Below, in pieces: positions 51,854 to 64,000 of a stretch of DNA of 64,000 nt (the stretch's first letter is position 1; each line of letters opens with the position of its first letter). The notes beneath the pieces were generated by a model. The model saw only the letters and a list, made by a program, of their open reading frames with translations, searched no databases and was not told where the DNA came from. The stretch covers positions 14,087-78,086 of the forward strand of contig JANMBN010000052.1 in NCBI GenBank assembly GCA_031360485.1, written 5' to 3'. The translations under genes were made by a program, and so were the position numbers. Source of the stretch: Betaproteobacteria bacterium. Its GTDB lineage: Bacteria > Pseudomonadota > Gammaproteobacteria > Burkholderiales > Casimicrobiaceae.

Positions 51854-53144
51854 CGCCTTGGGACTCCCTCGCTCGCGTCGTGCGCTAACCGTTCTCGCGG
51901 TATCGGTGCTTCTGGTCGCTGCCGGATGCGTCACCGTCCCGCCCGAGCCTTCGCCGCCGCCCGCAGTAACGCCGGCGCCCGTCGTCCCGTCGCCGCCCGC
52001 TCCGATAATCCCGCCACCGCCGGCGGCGCCAACGCTGCCCGCGAAGTACGCGCCCGCGGCCTGGAGCCAGTTGCCGGGGTGGACCGAAGACCGGGTCGAC
52101 GAGGCATGGCCGGCGTTTCGCGTCGGGTGCGCGGCACTCGTCGCGGCGGCGGCGACGAAAGCGCTTTGGTCGGATCCGTGCGCCGCAGCGAACGCCCTCC
52201 CGTCCCCGGACCGCGGCGCCGTCCGTGCGTTCTTCGAGACCTATTTTAGCCCATACCAGGTAGCGGCCGTTGATGGTCGCGACTCGGGCACGATCACCGG
52301 CTATTACGAGCCCCTCCTCGCCGGCAGCCGCACGCGTTCGCCGCGCTTCCGCGTGCCGCTGTACGCGGCGCCGGACGATCTCCTCTCGATCGACCTCGCC
52401 GACCTCTATCCGGAGCTCAAGGACAAGCGGCTGCGCGGACGTCTCGCGGGCAAACGCGTCGTCCCGTATTGGACGCGCGCGGATATCGAAAACGGCAAGG
52501 CGACGTTCGACGGCAACGCGCTCGTCTATGTCGAGGACCCGGTCGAGGCCTTCTTCCTGCAGATCCAGGGCTCCGGCCGGGTCAAGCTCGCCGACGGCGG
52601 CATCATGCGCGTGGGCTATGCCGACCAGAACGGGCACCCGTTCCGCTCGATCGGACGCCTGCTGGTGGAGCGCGGCGAATTGCCCCTCGAACGCGCGTCG
52701 ATGCAGGGGATCAAGGACTGGGGCCGGCGCAATCCCGCGAAACTCGCGCCGCTGCTCGACGAGAATCCGAGCTACGTGTTCTTTCGCGAAGTTCCCGAAC
52801 CCGCGGCAGGAACGCTGGAAGCCGATATCGACGGACCGATCGGGACCCTCGGCGTGCCGTTGCTGCGCGAACGCACGCTCGCCGTCGATCCGCGTTCGAT
52901 TCCGCTGGGAGCGCCGGTGTTCCTCGCGACCACGCACCCGCTGTCGACCAGACCGCTGCAGCGCCTGATGCTTGCCCAGGACACCGGCGGGGCGATCCGT
53001 GGCGCCGTGCGCGCCGATTTTTTCTGGGGTTTCGGCGACGACGCCGGACGGCAGGCGGGCCGGATGAAACAGGACGGGCGAATGTGGATCCTGTGGCCCA
53101 AGGACGCGGGCCTGCCCGCGCGCACGGCCGAAGTCATCCCGTGA
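51801..53144 (+). CDS. mltA: membrane-bound lytic murein transglycosylase A (lipoprotein; start uncertain)
   Basis: Lipobox LLVAAGC. MltA-type motifs (ITGYYEPLLAGSRTRS, YWTRADIE, FFLQIQGSGRV, the GYADQNGHPFRSIG region and 3D-domain FLATTHP...QDTGGAIRG). Confidence 0.8.
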   Translation: MPTASRSATNASSRNHSIALGLPRSRRALTVLAVSVLLVAAGCVTVPPEPSPPPAVTPAPVVPSPPAPIIPPPPAAPTLPAKYAPAAWSQLPGWTEDRVDEAWPAFRVGCAALVAAAATKALWSDPCAAANALPSPDRGAVRAFFETYFSPYQVAAVDGRDSGTITGYYEPLLAGSRTRSPRFRVPLYAAPDDLLSIDLADLYPELKDKRLRGRLAGKRVVPYWTRADIENGKATFDGNALVYVEDPVEAFFLQIQGSGRVKLADGGIMRVGYADQNGHPFRSIGRLLVERGELPLERASMQGIKDWGRRNPAKLAPLLDENPSYVFFREVPEPAAGTLEADIDGPIGTLGVPLLRERTLAVDPRSIPLGAPVFLATTHPLSTRPLQRLMLAQDTGGAIRGAVRADFFWGFGDDAGRQAGRMKQDGRMWILWPKDAGLPARTAEVIP

Positions 53145-53163
53145 CGCGATCGCCGCGCGGCGG

Positions 53164-54132
53164 TCAGCCGGCGGTGGCGAGCACTTCTTCGGCCTGCCGG
53201 TCGGCGTGGTACGACGACCGCACCATCGCGCCGACGGCGGCGTGCCGGAACCCCATCGCGTACGCCTCCCGCTCGAACGCCGCGAACCCGTCCGGGGGCA
53301 CGTACCGCAATACCGGTAGGTGGCCGGCCGTCGGCTGCAGGTATTGGCCGATCGTCAGCATGTCGATGTCGTGCGCGCGCATGTCGCGCATGACGGCGAT
53401 GATTTCGTCGTCCGTCTCGCCCAGACCGACCATCAGTCCCGATTTGGTCGGGACCGCGGGAAAGCGCTGCTTCCACTCCCGGAGCAGCGCCAGCGAGTTG
53501 ACGTAGTCCGACCCAGGCCGCGCCTGCTTGTAGAGGCGCGGCACCGTTTCGAGGTTGTGGTTCATGACGTCCGGGGGCGCGTCGCCGAGAATCTCCAGCG
53601 CACGCTCCCGCCGGCCGCGGAAATCGGGAACGAGCACCTCGATCTGGGTGCCGGGCGAGCGCTCGCGCACCGCGCGGATGCAATCGACGAAATGCCGCGC
53701 GCCGCCGTCGCGGAGGTCGTCGCGATCCACGCTCGTGATCACGACGTAGCGCAGCTTCAGCGCCGCAATCGTCTTCGCGAGGTTGGCGGGTTCCTCGGCA
53801 TCGAGCGGCAGCGGCCGGCCGTGGCCGACGTCGCAGAACGGGCAGCGTCGCGTGCAGATGTCGCCCATGATCATGAATGTCGCCGTGCCTTTGGAAAAGC
53901 ACTCGCCGATGTTCGGGCAGGACGCTTCCTCGCAAACGGTGTGGAGGTTGTGCTCGCGCAGGATTTGCTTGATTTCGGCGTAGCGCGGCGACGACGGCAC
54001 GCGCGCGCGGATCCAGTCCGGCTTCTTCAAGCGTTCGGCCGGCACGATCTTGATGGGGATGCGCGCGGTCTTGGCGTCGCCCTTGTGCTTGACGCCGGCG
54101 ACGTTGGAAGGCGAGGCGATGGTCTTGTCCAT
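53164..54132 (-). CDS. lipA: lipoyl synthase
   Basis: N-terminal cluster [12 protein letters not shown] and radical-SAM CTRRCPFC. Confidence 0.9.
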   Translation of the reverse strand: MDKTIASPSNVAGVKHKGDAKTARIPIKIVPAERLKKPDWIRARVPSSPRYAEIKQILREHNLHTVCEEASCPNIGECFSKGTATFMIMGDICTRRCPFCDVGHGRPLPLDAEEPANLAKTIAALKLRYVVITSVDRDDLRDGGARHFVDCIRAVRERSPGTQIEVLVPDFRGRRERALEILGDAPPDVMNHNLETVPRLYKQARPGSDYVNSLALLREWKQRFPAVPTKSGLMVGLGETDDEIIAVMRDMRAHDIDMLTIGQYLQPTAGHLPVLRYVPPDGFAAFEREAYAMGFRHAAVGAMVRSSYHADRQAEEVLATAG

Positions 54133-54141
54133 GGGTCGATT

Positions 54142-54762
54142 CTACGTTCCGAGGCGCGCGGCGAGAATGCGGGCGAGACCGGCACCCGCATCGTCGACGG
54201 TCATCGCCACACCGAGGTCGGCGAGCTGCGTGACGGCGAGCCCCGGGTAGCCGCAGGGATCGATGTCGGCAAACGGCGCCAGATCCATCGCGACGTTGAC
54301 CGCGAGCCCGTGATACGTGCAGCCATTGCGCACTTTCAGCCCGAGCGCGGCGATCTTCGCCTCGACGCCTCCGGTCAACACGTAGACGCCCGGGGCCGCG
54401 GGCTTGCCGTACGCAGAAATGTCCAACGAATCAAGCCATTCTACCACCGCCGCTTCGATCGTCCGGACCATCGCGCGAACGCCTCGCTGCGGGCGCCGCA
54501 GGTCGTAGAGCAGGTAGGCGACGAGTTGGCCCGGGCCGTGGTAGGTGATCTGCCCGCCCCGGTCGACCTTGATCGCCGGAATGCCGTTGTCGCGCAGCAG
54601 GTGCTCGCGCCGCCCGGCGAGGCCGAGCGTGTAGACCGGCGGATGCTCGGTCAGCCAGATCTCGTCGGCCGTGTCGAGCCGTCGCGCCGACGTGAACGCC
54701 TGCATCGCCCGCCACGTGGGCTCGTACTCGGTGCGGCCCAGCGCGCGGATGGCCACGCGCAT
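54142..54762 (-). CDS. lipB: lipoyl(octanoyl) transferase
   Basis: From the MRVAIRALG start. EHPPVYTLG and DRGGQITYHGPGQLV motifs. Confidence 0.85.
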   Translation of the reverse strand: MRVAIRALGRTEYEPTWRAMQAFTSARRLDTADEIWLTEHPPVYTLGLAGRREHLLRDNGIPAIKVDRGGQITYHGPGQLVAYLLYDLRRPQRGVRAMVRTIEAAVVEWLDSLDISAYGKPAAPGVYVLTGGVEAKIAALGLKVRNGCTYHGLAVNVAMDLAPFADIDPCGYPGLAVTQLADLGVAMTVDDAGAGLARILAARLGT

Positions 54763-54769
54763 CAGCCCG

Positions 54770-55039
54770 CTAGAGCACCATCGCAACCATCGGGTGCGAT
54801 GAAAGGTCGCGGTAGAGGCCGTCGAGCTGATCGCGCGAGATCGCGTTGATCGTGCAAGTGAGGGACAGGTACTTGCCCGCGCTCGACGCGCGCATCTCGA
54901 TGGTGGCGGGGTCGAAATCCGGCGCGTGCCTCTGCACGACCGTCGCGATCGTCTGCGCAAAGCCATCCTGGGTGCGCCCCATCACCTTGATCGGGAACTC
55001 CACCGGAAACTTGAGCAGCGATTCGGCAGGCTGCGACAT
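54770..55039 (-). CDS. ybeD: YbeD-family (DUF493) protein
   Basis: LKFPVEFPIKVMG signature. GGTGGAGAA RBS. The dac-ybeD-lipB order resembles E. coli. Confidence 0.8.
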   Translation of the reverse strand: MSQPAESLLKFPVEFPIKVMGRTQDGFAQTIATVVQRHAPDFDPATIEMRASSAGKYLSLTCTINAISRDQLDGLYRDLSSHPMVAMVL

Positions 55040-55120
55040 GCGGTTCTCCACCGACCGAATGTGGCGGCGCGACGCTGCGAATGCAAGGCCCCGGTATCCG
55101 CCGGGCCCGTCCGCGATCCG

Positions 55121-56335
55121 TCAGCCGCCGTCCTTCGCGTACATGTATTCGCGCGTCAACGGATGCGGCAGTCGGCCGTCGGGAAGCGGCTTTCCGGCGA
55201 GCAGCTGCCACAGCGACAGCCAGCCCCGGTCGAACGCGTGCGCCGACCCCGCGAGATAGATCCGCCATACGCGGTACTTTTCCTCGCCGACCTCGGCCCG
55301 CGCCGCATCGGCGTTGGCCTCCAGCCGCTCGCACCAGCGCCACAGCGTTTTCGCGTAGTGCTCGCGCAGCGCCTCGGCATCGATCACCTCGAGTCCTTGC
55401 GCCGCCATTCCTTCGATCACCTTGGCCACATGCGCGAGCTCGCCGCCCGGGAAGACGTACTCGTCGACGAAATCGCCGATGCCGCTGCCGAGACTCTGCG
55501 CGCCGAGCGGGTTGTGGGTGATCCCGTGATTCAGCACGAGTCCGCCCGGCTTCAGAATCTGCGCGATCTTGCCGAAGTAACGCGGGAACCGCGCGATGCC
55601 GACGTGCTCGAACATTCCGATGCTCGCGATCTTGTCGTACAGCGCGTCCTCGGGCAGATCGAGGTAGTCGCGCAATTCGACATGCACGCGGCCGGCCAGT
55701 CCGCGCGCGGCGATCTGCGCGCTGACGTAGTCGAACTGATTCTGCGACAGCGTGATGCCGGTCGCGTGAACGCCATGCTGCTGCGCGGCGTGGAACACGA
55801 GCCCGCCCCAACCGCATCCGATGTCGAGGAAACGCTCGCCCGGCTCGAGCCGCAGCTTGCGGCAGATATGCTCGAGCTTGGCCGCCTGCGCTGCGTCCAG
55901 CGTGGCGTCGTCCGTCCTGAAATACGCGCACGAGTAGACGAGCTGCGAATCGAGCCAAAGTCGGTAGAACGCGTCCGACACGTCGTAGTGGTAGCCGATA
56001 TTGGCGCGGTTGCTGCGATGCTGATGGCGCCACAGACGCCAGCGCGTCGTGAGGGAATCGCGGCCGTGCGAAATCTCGCCGACCATGCCCTCGGCGATCG
56101 CGGCCGCCCGGCGCGCGCTGCCGGTGAAATCGATGTCGTTGTGAACATAGGCGCGGGCGAGCGCCCCCATCGCCGGCGCCGCGAGCGCCTTCAGCCCGCG
56201 CCACGTGCGCGCGAGGATCTCGACCTCCGTGTCCGACGACAGCGGGACGCGTCCGCCATCGGGCAGGACCAGCGTGACGGGGAGGTTGCGCCCGCCGTAC
56301 CGGTTCGCGATGATCTTCTGCAAGGGTCCGGTCAT
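55121..56335 (-). CDS. cfa: cyclopropane-fatty-acyl-phospholipid synthase
   Basis: YDVSDAFYRLWLDSQLVYSCAYF, SAM motif LDIGCGWGG, and MFEHVG. Confidence 0.85.
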   Translation of the reverse strand: MTGPLQKIIANRYGGRNLPVTLVLPDGGRVPLSSDTEVEILARTWRGLKALAAPAMGALARAYVHNDIDFTGSARRAAAIAEGMVGEISHGRDSLTTRWRLWRHQHRSNRANIGYHYDVSDAFYRLWLDSQLVYSCAYFRTDDATLDAAQAAKLEHICRKLRLEPGERFLDIGCGWGGLVFHAAQQHGVHATGITLSQNQFDYVSAQIAARGLAGRVHVELRDYLDLPEDALYDKIASIGMFEHVGIARFPRYFGKIAQILKPGGLVLNHGITHNPLGAQSLGSGIGDFVDEYVFPGGELAHVAKVIEGMAAQGLEVIDAEALREHYAKTLWRWCERLEANADAARAEVGEEKYRVWRIYLAGSAHAFDRGWLSLWQLLAGKPLPDGRLPHPLTREYMYAKDGG

Positions 56336-56528
56336 GTTCGCCCGCGAAACGTGGGAATCCCGGAGCGGCCTGCTCGACCGCGTGCGAGGTGGCGGAAAAA
56401 TGCGCCGTCCACCCCAAGCAGCTGCCACGACGGTCCAGTTTAGCAAGAACCGGGGTTGAACGGCGCACCGGAATCCGTTACCGCAGCGCCGGTGACGGCG
56501 GACCAACGCCCAGGCGCCCGCCGCTGCC

Positions 56529-57104
56529 ATGCCGCTGCTACCATCGGGGCTTTGGCCTTCCGTCCGCGTCCGCGGGACATTCTTGACCCAACCTGCCCAA
56601 GGCGCTCCCGCCAGCCGCCCGCCCGCGTTCACGACCCGGGACTTGCGCGACGCCCTCGCGCAGTTCGCTACGGGCGTCACGGTGATCTGCGCGCCCGGGC
56701 CCGAGGGCCGGTTCGTCGGCTTCACCGCGAACTCGTTCAATTCGGTGTCGCTCGACCCGCCGCTCGTGGTGTGGAGCCTCGACCGCCGCGCCGTGGGCCT
56801 CGAAGCCTTCGAGAATGCCGAACGCTACGTGATCAACGTGCTCGCCAGCGATCAGGTGGAACTGGCGCGCCGCTTTTCGCGACCGCACGCCGACCGTTTC
56901 GCGGGTGTCGCGTTTCGGCTGGGCATGGCGGGCGTTCCGCTGATCGACGGCTGTGTCGCATGGTTCGAGTGCCGCCACCACGCGCGGCAACGGGCGGGCG
57001 ACCACATTCTCTTCATCGGAGAGGTCGAGACCTGCTCCCGCACCAAGGGCCGCGGGCTGGTGTTCCACCACGGCCGGTTCGGGACGACGCACCCGCTCGA
57101 GTAA
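56529..57104 (+). CDS. flavin reductase-like domain protein (start uncertain)
   Basis: FATGVTVICA...FTANSFNSVSLDPPLVVWSL matches the flavin reductase/HpaC-like fold. TTG 56583 is an alternative start. Confidence 0.7.
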   Translation: MPLLPSGLWPSVRVRGTFLTQPAQGAPASRPPAFTTRDLRDALAQFATGVTVICAPGPEGRFVGFTANSFNSVSLDPPLVVWSLDRRAVGLEAFENAERYVINVLASDQVELARRFSRPHADRFAGVAFRLGMAGVPLIDGCVAWFECRHHARQRAGDHILFIGEVETCSRTKGRGLVFHHGRFGTTHPLE

Positions 57105-57128
57105 ACTCGCCCCGGCCGCACGCGAGGC

Positions 57129-57965
57129 TTAACGGGGTATGCGCGCCTGGAAGAGCGCGTGCATCTTCCGGAACACCGGCCCCGGAACACCGGTGGCGAA
57201 CGGCCTGCCATCCACCGAAGTGACCGCGAGCACTTCCTTCGTCGAGGACGTGAGCCACATTTCGTCCGCGACATACGCCTCGGATCGCGTCACGGGCCGA
57301 ATCTCGAACGGGAGCCCCGCGTCGCGCGCAAAATCGTACGCGGCGCCATACGTGATGCCGGGAAGGATCAGGTTGTCCTTCGGGGGCGCGACGATCGTTC
57401 CGCCGATCACGACGAGAACGTTCGACGCCGATGCCTCGGTGAGATGTCCGTCGCGGAACATCACCGTCTCGACCGCGCCCGCGTCGGCGGCGAGCTGGCG
57501 CATCAGCACGTTGCCGAGGAGCGAAATCGTCTTGAGGTCGCAGCGCCGCCAGCGGTTGTCCTCGGCGGTGACGACTGCGACGCCTTTCTCGACCTGCTCC
57601 GCCGACGGCGTCACCAGCGGATTGCTCATCATGAAGACCGTCGCCGGAACGCCCGGGGGGAACGAGTGATCGCGTTTCGCGACGCCGCGCGTGACCTGGA
57701 AATAGACGCCCTGGTTGTCGAACGGCTGTTTCGCGACGAGCTCGCCGATGATCGCGCCCCATTCGGCGTCGGTATGCGGATTCGCGAGCCGGATGCCGTC
57801 GAGGCTGTGCTGCAGTCGCGCGAGGTGCTGGGGAAGCCTGAACGGCTGGCGCCGGTACACGGGAACGAGCTCGTAGACGCCGTCGCCGAAGATGAAGCCG
57901 CGATCGAGGACGGAGATCCTCGCGTCCTCGACGGGAAGAAACTGGCCGTTCAGGTAAACGATCAT
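57129..57965 (-). CDS. class IV aminotransferase (D-amino-acid aminotransferase-like)
   Basis: RGFIFGDGVYE, YFQVTRG and EASASNV motifs. ATGA overlap with the upstream dac stop. Confidence 0.75.
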   Translation of the reverse strand: MIVYLNGQFLPVEDARISVLDRGFIFGDGVYELVPVYRRQPFRLPQHLARLQHSLDGIRLANPHTDAEWGAIIGELVAKQPFDNQGVYFQVTRGVAKRDHSFPPGVPATVFMMSNPLVTPSAEQVEKGVAVVTAEDNRWRRCDLKTISLLGNVLMRQLAADAGAVETVMFRDGHLTEASASNVLVVIGGTIVAPPKDNLILPGITYGAAYDFARDAGLPFEIRPVTRSEAYVADEMWLTSSTKEVLAVTSVDGRPFATGVPGPVFRKMHALFQARIPR

Positions 57966-59200
57966 GGCGATTTCTTCGAATCGGGGCCGGTCCCCGGTTT
58001 CATCCAAAGGCGGATCGTATCCCAAGCCCGGCCGAAGATGTTCGCCGCGGGAACGTCGGCCAGCGCGACCAGCGGGAACTCCGCCATGACCTTCCCTTCG
58101 AGCGCGACCCTGACGGTCCCGAGCCGCTGCCCCTTCGCCACGGGCGCCAACAGCGGCTCGGTCGCCGTCATCGAAAGCGCGAGCTTGTCCGCCTTGCCCT
58201 TCGGCACCGTCAGGTACCGGTCGTCGACGAATCCCGCGGCCACGTCGCGGGCCTCGCCCTTCCACACCCGCAGGTTGGCGACGGATTTGCCGGACGGATA
58301 AAGCTGGACGGTCTCGAACGCCTGAAAGCCATAGTTCAGGAGCTTCTGCGCGTCGCCGGTGCGCGCGGCGTCCGACGCCGCGCCCAGCACGACCGCCAGC
58401 AGCCGTCGCTCGCCACGCCGGGCGGATGCGATGAGGCACCAGCCCGCGGCATCGGTGTGTCCGGTCTTCATCCCGTCGACGAACGGATCGATCCACAAAA
58501 GACGGTTGCGGTTGGGCTGCGCAATGTTGTTGTACCGGTACTCGCGGAGCGAGTAGAGCGGGTAGTAGCCGGGAAAATCGCGAATCACCGCGGCGGCGAG
58601 ACGCGCGAGATCGGTCGCCGTCGAATATTGCTGCGGATCCGAGAGGCCCGTCGCGTTGACGAAATGCGTGTTCGCGAGCCCGAGCCGCGCCGCCTCGGCG
58701 TTCATCCGCTCGGCGAACGCGGCCTCGCTTCCCGCGACCACCTCCGCGAGCGCGATCGACGCGTCGTTGCCCGACTGCACGATCATCCCGCGCAGGAGCT
58801 CGTCGACGGTGACCGCCTTTCTCGGCTCGACGAACATCCGCGAACCTTCCGCACGCCATGCGGCCGCGGACACGCTGACCAGTTGCGTCGGGACGATGGT
58901 CTTGTCGCGCAACGCCGCAAAGGTCACGTAGGCGGTCATCAGCTTGGTGAGCGACGCCGGCTCGCGCCGCTCGTCGGCTTCCAGGGCAACGATCGCCTGT
59001 CCGCTGGTGACGTCCTGCAGCAGATACGCCGGCGCGCCGATCGCCGGGGCGGGGACCGCGACCGGGACGGGAGCGGGGGCGGGCTGGGCAAGCGAGAGCG
59101 AGGCAATGCCGAGCCACAGCACGACGGAGGCGGCAAGGCGCGTGGCGATGGACGCGGCGGCCGCAGCGAAGCGCTCGCGGGACAGGCGACCCGGCGTCAC
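57962..59200 (-). CDS. D-alanyl-D-alanine carboxypeptidase (PBP5/6 class)
   Basis: SxxK (ASLTKLMT), SGN (VQSGNDAS) and KTG (MKTGHT) motifs. The assumed GTG start overlaps the upstream stop (GTGA). Confidence 0.85.
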   Translation of the reverse strand: MTPGRLSRERFAAAAASIATRLAASVVLWLGIASLSLAQPAPAPVPVAVPAPAIGAPAYLLQDVTSGQAIVALEADERREPASLTKLMTAYVTFAALRDKTIVPTQLVSVSAAAWRAEGSRMFVEPRKAVTVDELLRGMIVQSGNDASIALAEVVAGSEAAFAERMNAEAARLGLANTHFVNATGLSDPQQYSTATDLARLAAAVIRDFPGYYPLYSLREYRYNNIAQPNRNRLLWIDPFVDGMKTGHTDAAGWCLIASARRGERRLLAVVLGAASDAARTGDAQKLLNYGFQAFETVQLYPSGKSVANLRVWKGEARDVAAGFVDDRYLTVPKGKADKLALSMTATEPLLAPVAKGQRLGTVRVALEGKVMAEFPLVALADVPAANIFGRAWDTIRLWMKPGTGPDSKKSP

Positions 59201-59958
59201 CAGGGATAAACCGGCAGAATACCGACGACGTTGCCGGTCTTGATGTCGACGACGACGGCCATGTCGCGACTGCGCGCCTTCATCGGCACGAAACCGAAGG
59301 CTTCTTCCGTGCGGCCGGAGCCGGCCACGAACGATCGAATCGTCGCGGCCTCTCCCGGCTGACGTTTCGCGAGCTCGCCGAGCGGACGGGCGGCCAGCGC
59401 CGCTTCCAGCCGTGTCTGCGCGTAAGGGACGTAGAGCTCGGCAAGGTTGGCGAGATCCGGACCGCCGTTCATCGCCGAGATCACGATGTCCGCCTTTCGC
59501 TGCGCATCGTCCGGCTGGCGCGCTCCGATGATCTTCGGCCCGGCGAGAGGCAGCGTCCGGAATTCGGCCGCGGTCACCTTCGCCAGCGATCCGGCATCGA
59601 CCTGATTCGCCGCGATGGTTTCGAACCGGTCGACGACGAAAACGTTGTAGACCGGCCGCGCGTCGAACATCACGTGGCAGCCGTAGATGAGCGCCGCGAT
59701 CTGCAGGAGAGCGATCACGGCGAGGTCGAACCTGAGGCTCTTCTTCTTCGGATCGAAGACGATCAGCGTGATCAGCGGGCCGATGACCACGTCGACCCCG
59801 ATGAGCAGCAGGATGAGCGTATCGCCGCCCATCGCCTCGAAGTACGGCTGCGGATACCACAGGACAAGCATCAGCGTGACCACCGTCGCCGCGATCGCCG
59901 CGCTGATGGCGAGGTGGAAAGCGGCGGCTTTCCACCGGTTGAGGGAGGTGAGTGTCAT
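59197..59958 (-). CDS. polytopic membrane protein, possibly TfpX/TfpZ-type pilin accessory family
   Basis: Four predicted TM helices (AFHLAISAAIAATVVTLMLVLWYP, LILLLIGVDVVIGPLITLIVF, FDLAVIALLQIAALIYG) followed by a soluble domain. The family call is from memory and is unverified. Confidence 0.4.
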   Translation of the reverse strand: MTLTSLNRWKAAAFHLAISAAIAATVVTLMLVLWYPQPYFEAMGGDTLILLLIGVDVVIGPLITLIVFDPKKKSLRFDLAVIALLQIAALIYGCHVMFDARPVYNVFVVDRFETIAANQVDAGSLAKVTAAEFRTLPLAGPKIIGARQPDDAQRKADIVISAMNGGPDLANLAELYVPYAQTRLEAALAARPLGELAKRQPGEAATIRSFVAGSGRTEEAFGFVPMKARSRDMAVVVDIKTGNVVGILPVYPW

Positions 59959-60117
59959 CGTTCGCGTCTTGCCTTCGTTCGAGCGGTGCGCGTCATTCTA
60001 GCGTGAGCCCGTTCGCGCGGTGAACGCCGCGGCCGCCCGCGCCGGCGGATCCGAATTCGACCGCGGAACTTCGCCCGGGAACCACGGCGGCGGGCGCGGC
60101 GCCGTGAACCGCGACGC

Positions 60118-63060
<2,943 letters not shown>

Positions 63061-63127
63061 GTCGTGGAGGGTCGCGCCGACGTGCGGCGGCAGGATCGCC
63101 GCGCAAAGTCAAACGTAAGCGTCCGCA

Positions 63128-63511
63128 TTAGGCGTCGCCGATCGTCGCTTCGTACGCCCTCGCGTCGAGCAGCTTGTGAATGCCGGCGGGTTCCGCCGGC
63201 TTCATGCGGAAGAACCACGTTGCGTAGGGGTCCTTGTTCACCTGCTCGGGCGCGTCCGCCGCCGCCGTGTTGACCGCCACGACTTCGCCGGCAACCGGCG
63301 CGTAGACATCCGAAGCCGCCTTCACCGATTCGACGACGGCGCACGCTTCGGCGGCCGCGAGCTTGCGGCCTACCGCGGGCAGCTCGAGGTAGACGAGATC
63401 GCCGAGCGCGGCCTGCGCGTGGTCGGTGATGCCGATCGACACCGTGCCGTCGGCCTCGGTGCGCACCCACTCGTGCGACGACGTGTATTTGAGATTTGCC
63501 GGGATGTTCAT
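63128..63511 (-). CDS. gcvH: glycine cleavage system H protein
   Basis: Lipoyl-lysine motif [15 protein letters not shown]. 127 aa. Confidence 0.9.
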   Translation of the reverse strand: MNIPANLKYTSSHEWVRTEADGTVSIGITDHAQAALGDLVYLELPAVGRKLAAAEACAVVESVKAASDVYAPVAGEVVAVNTAAADAPEQVNKDPYATWFFRMKPAEPAGIHKLLDARAYEATIGDA

Positions 63512-63575
63512 TCTGGCTCCTTGGGGCCTGTCGGTTGATGGACCGCGCGTGCGAACGCGGTGAATATTTCTTTCC

Positions 63576-64000
63576 TCATGAGCGTGCGCCGACGAGAGCC
63601 TTGCCGTTGCGCGCGAACGGCGGCTTCACGACCTCCGCGGCAAGCTCGCGATCCCTGACGACGACCTTCACGGTGTCGCCGGGCGCGACGCCCGCGGGCA
63701 GGCGGGCGAGCGCGATCGACTGGTTGAGCGTCGGGCTGAACGTGCCGCTCGTGATCTCGCCGTCGCCGTGGCGGGTGTGCACGACCTGGTGCGCGCGCAG
63801 CACGCCGCCCTTGTCGACGAGCACGAGCCCGCCGAGTTGCCGCGCCGGCGGATGCGCGGCCAGCGCCGCCTTGCCGACGAAATCGCGAGGGCTCGCGAGG
63901 TCTACCGTCCACCCGAGGCCGGACTCGAGCGGCGAAACCGTCTCGTCCATGTCCTGCCCGTACAGGTTCATCCCGGCTTCGAGCCGCAACGTGTCGCGGG
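63576..64000 (-). CDS. gcvT: aminomethyltransferase (glycine cleavage T protein), C-terminal part; 5' end beyond window
   Basis: [28 protein letters not shown]...[21 protein letters not shown]. The ORF is open to the right edge of the window. Confidence 0.85.
   Translation of the reverse strand, partial: RDTLRLEAGMNLYGQDMDETVSPLESGLGWTVDLASPRDFVGKAALAAHPPARQLGGLVLVDKGGVLRAHQVVHTRHGDGEITSGTFSPTLNQSIALARLPAGVAPGDTVKVVVRDRELAAEVVKPPFARNGKALVGARS

Overview
GC-rich (by eye about two-thirds G+C) chromosomal segment whose gene content and synteny look betaproteobacterial, probably Burkholderiales. It is densely coding: about 66 protein genes and one tRNA. No rRNA, CRISPR array, transposase or integrase is present.

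Gene blocks, left to right:
1. 1-12.3 kb: one long minus-strand beta-oxidation operon. Order is TetR, fadE, fadA, fadB, fadD, thioesterase, fadL, a CHI-fold protein and a hypothetical protein.
2. 13.7-24.1 kb: a compact neutral-lipid (wax-ester) locus. It holds two phasins, a PHA-system small protein, a patatin, a TetR regulator, WS/DGAT, an acyl-CoA-binding protein, a fatty acyl-CoA reductase and a lipase-like hydrolase. I consider this the most interesting system in the window.
3. 24.1-26.7 kb: an IPTL-CTERM surface protein, a B12-binding MerR (LitR/CarH-like) regulator and a divergent periplasmic glutathione peroxidase.
4. 26.8-27.8 kb: tRNA(CAT) followed by an AT-richer islet of about 0.9 kb. 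The islet carries only a VapBC/FitAB toxin-antitoxin pair and is bounded by a 48-bp duplication of the tRNA 3' end.
5. 27.9-32.8 kb: a membrane protein, an ECF sigma/anti-sigma pair, thiSG and trmB.
6. 32.9-39.5 kb: a methyltransferase/glycosyltransferase cluster.
7. 39.5-49.8 kb: a Ugp-like ABC importer plus an EEP phosphoesterase, joined behind trpC. The trpE / trpGDC genes here are split by two small paralogous membrane proteins.
8. 49.9-64 kb: housekeeping genes (gph, rpe, apaG, mltA, lipAB, ybeD, cfa, dat, dac, gcvPH and the 3' end of gcvT).

Other points:
- Three ORFs appear disrupted: an in-frame TAG in fadD, a 1-nt frameshift in the fad-operon TetR, and an in-frame TAG near the end of a membrane protein.
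- A 67-89 bp REP/MITE-like palindromic element occurs three times. One copy has expanded into a 15-bp tandem array that keeps an ORF open between two ABC-transporter genes.
- Many long arginine-rich ORFs in the supplied track are frame shadows of real genes in this high-GC DNA and were not annotated.
- All functional calls rest on motifs and family resemblance read by eye. No database search was run.
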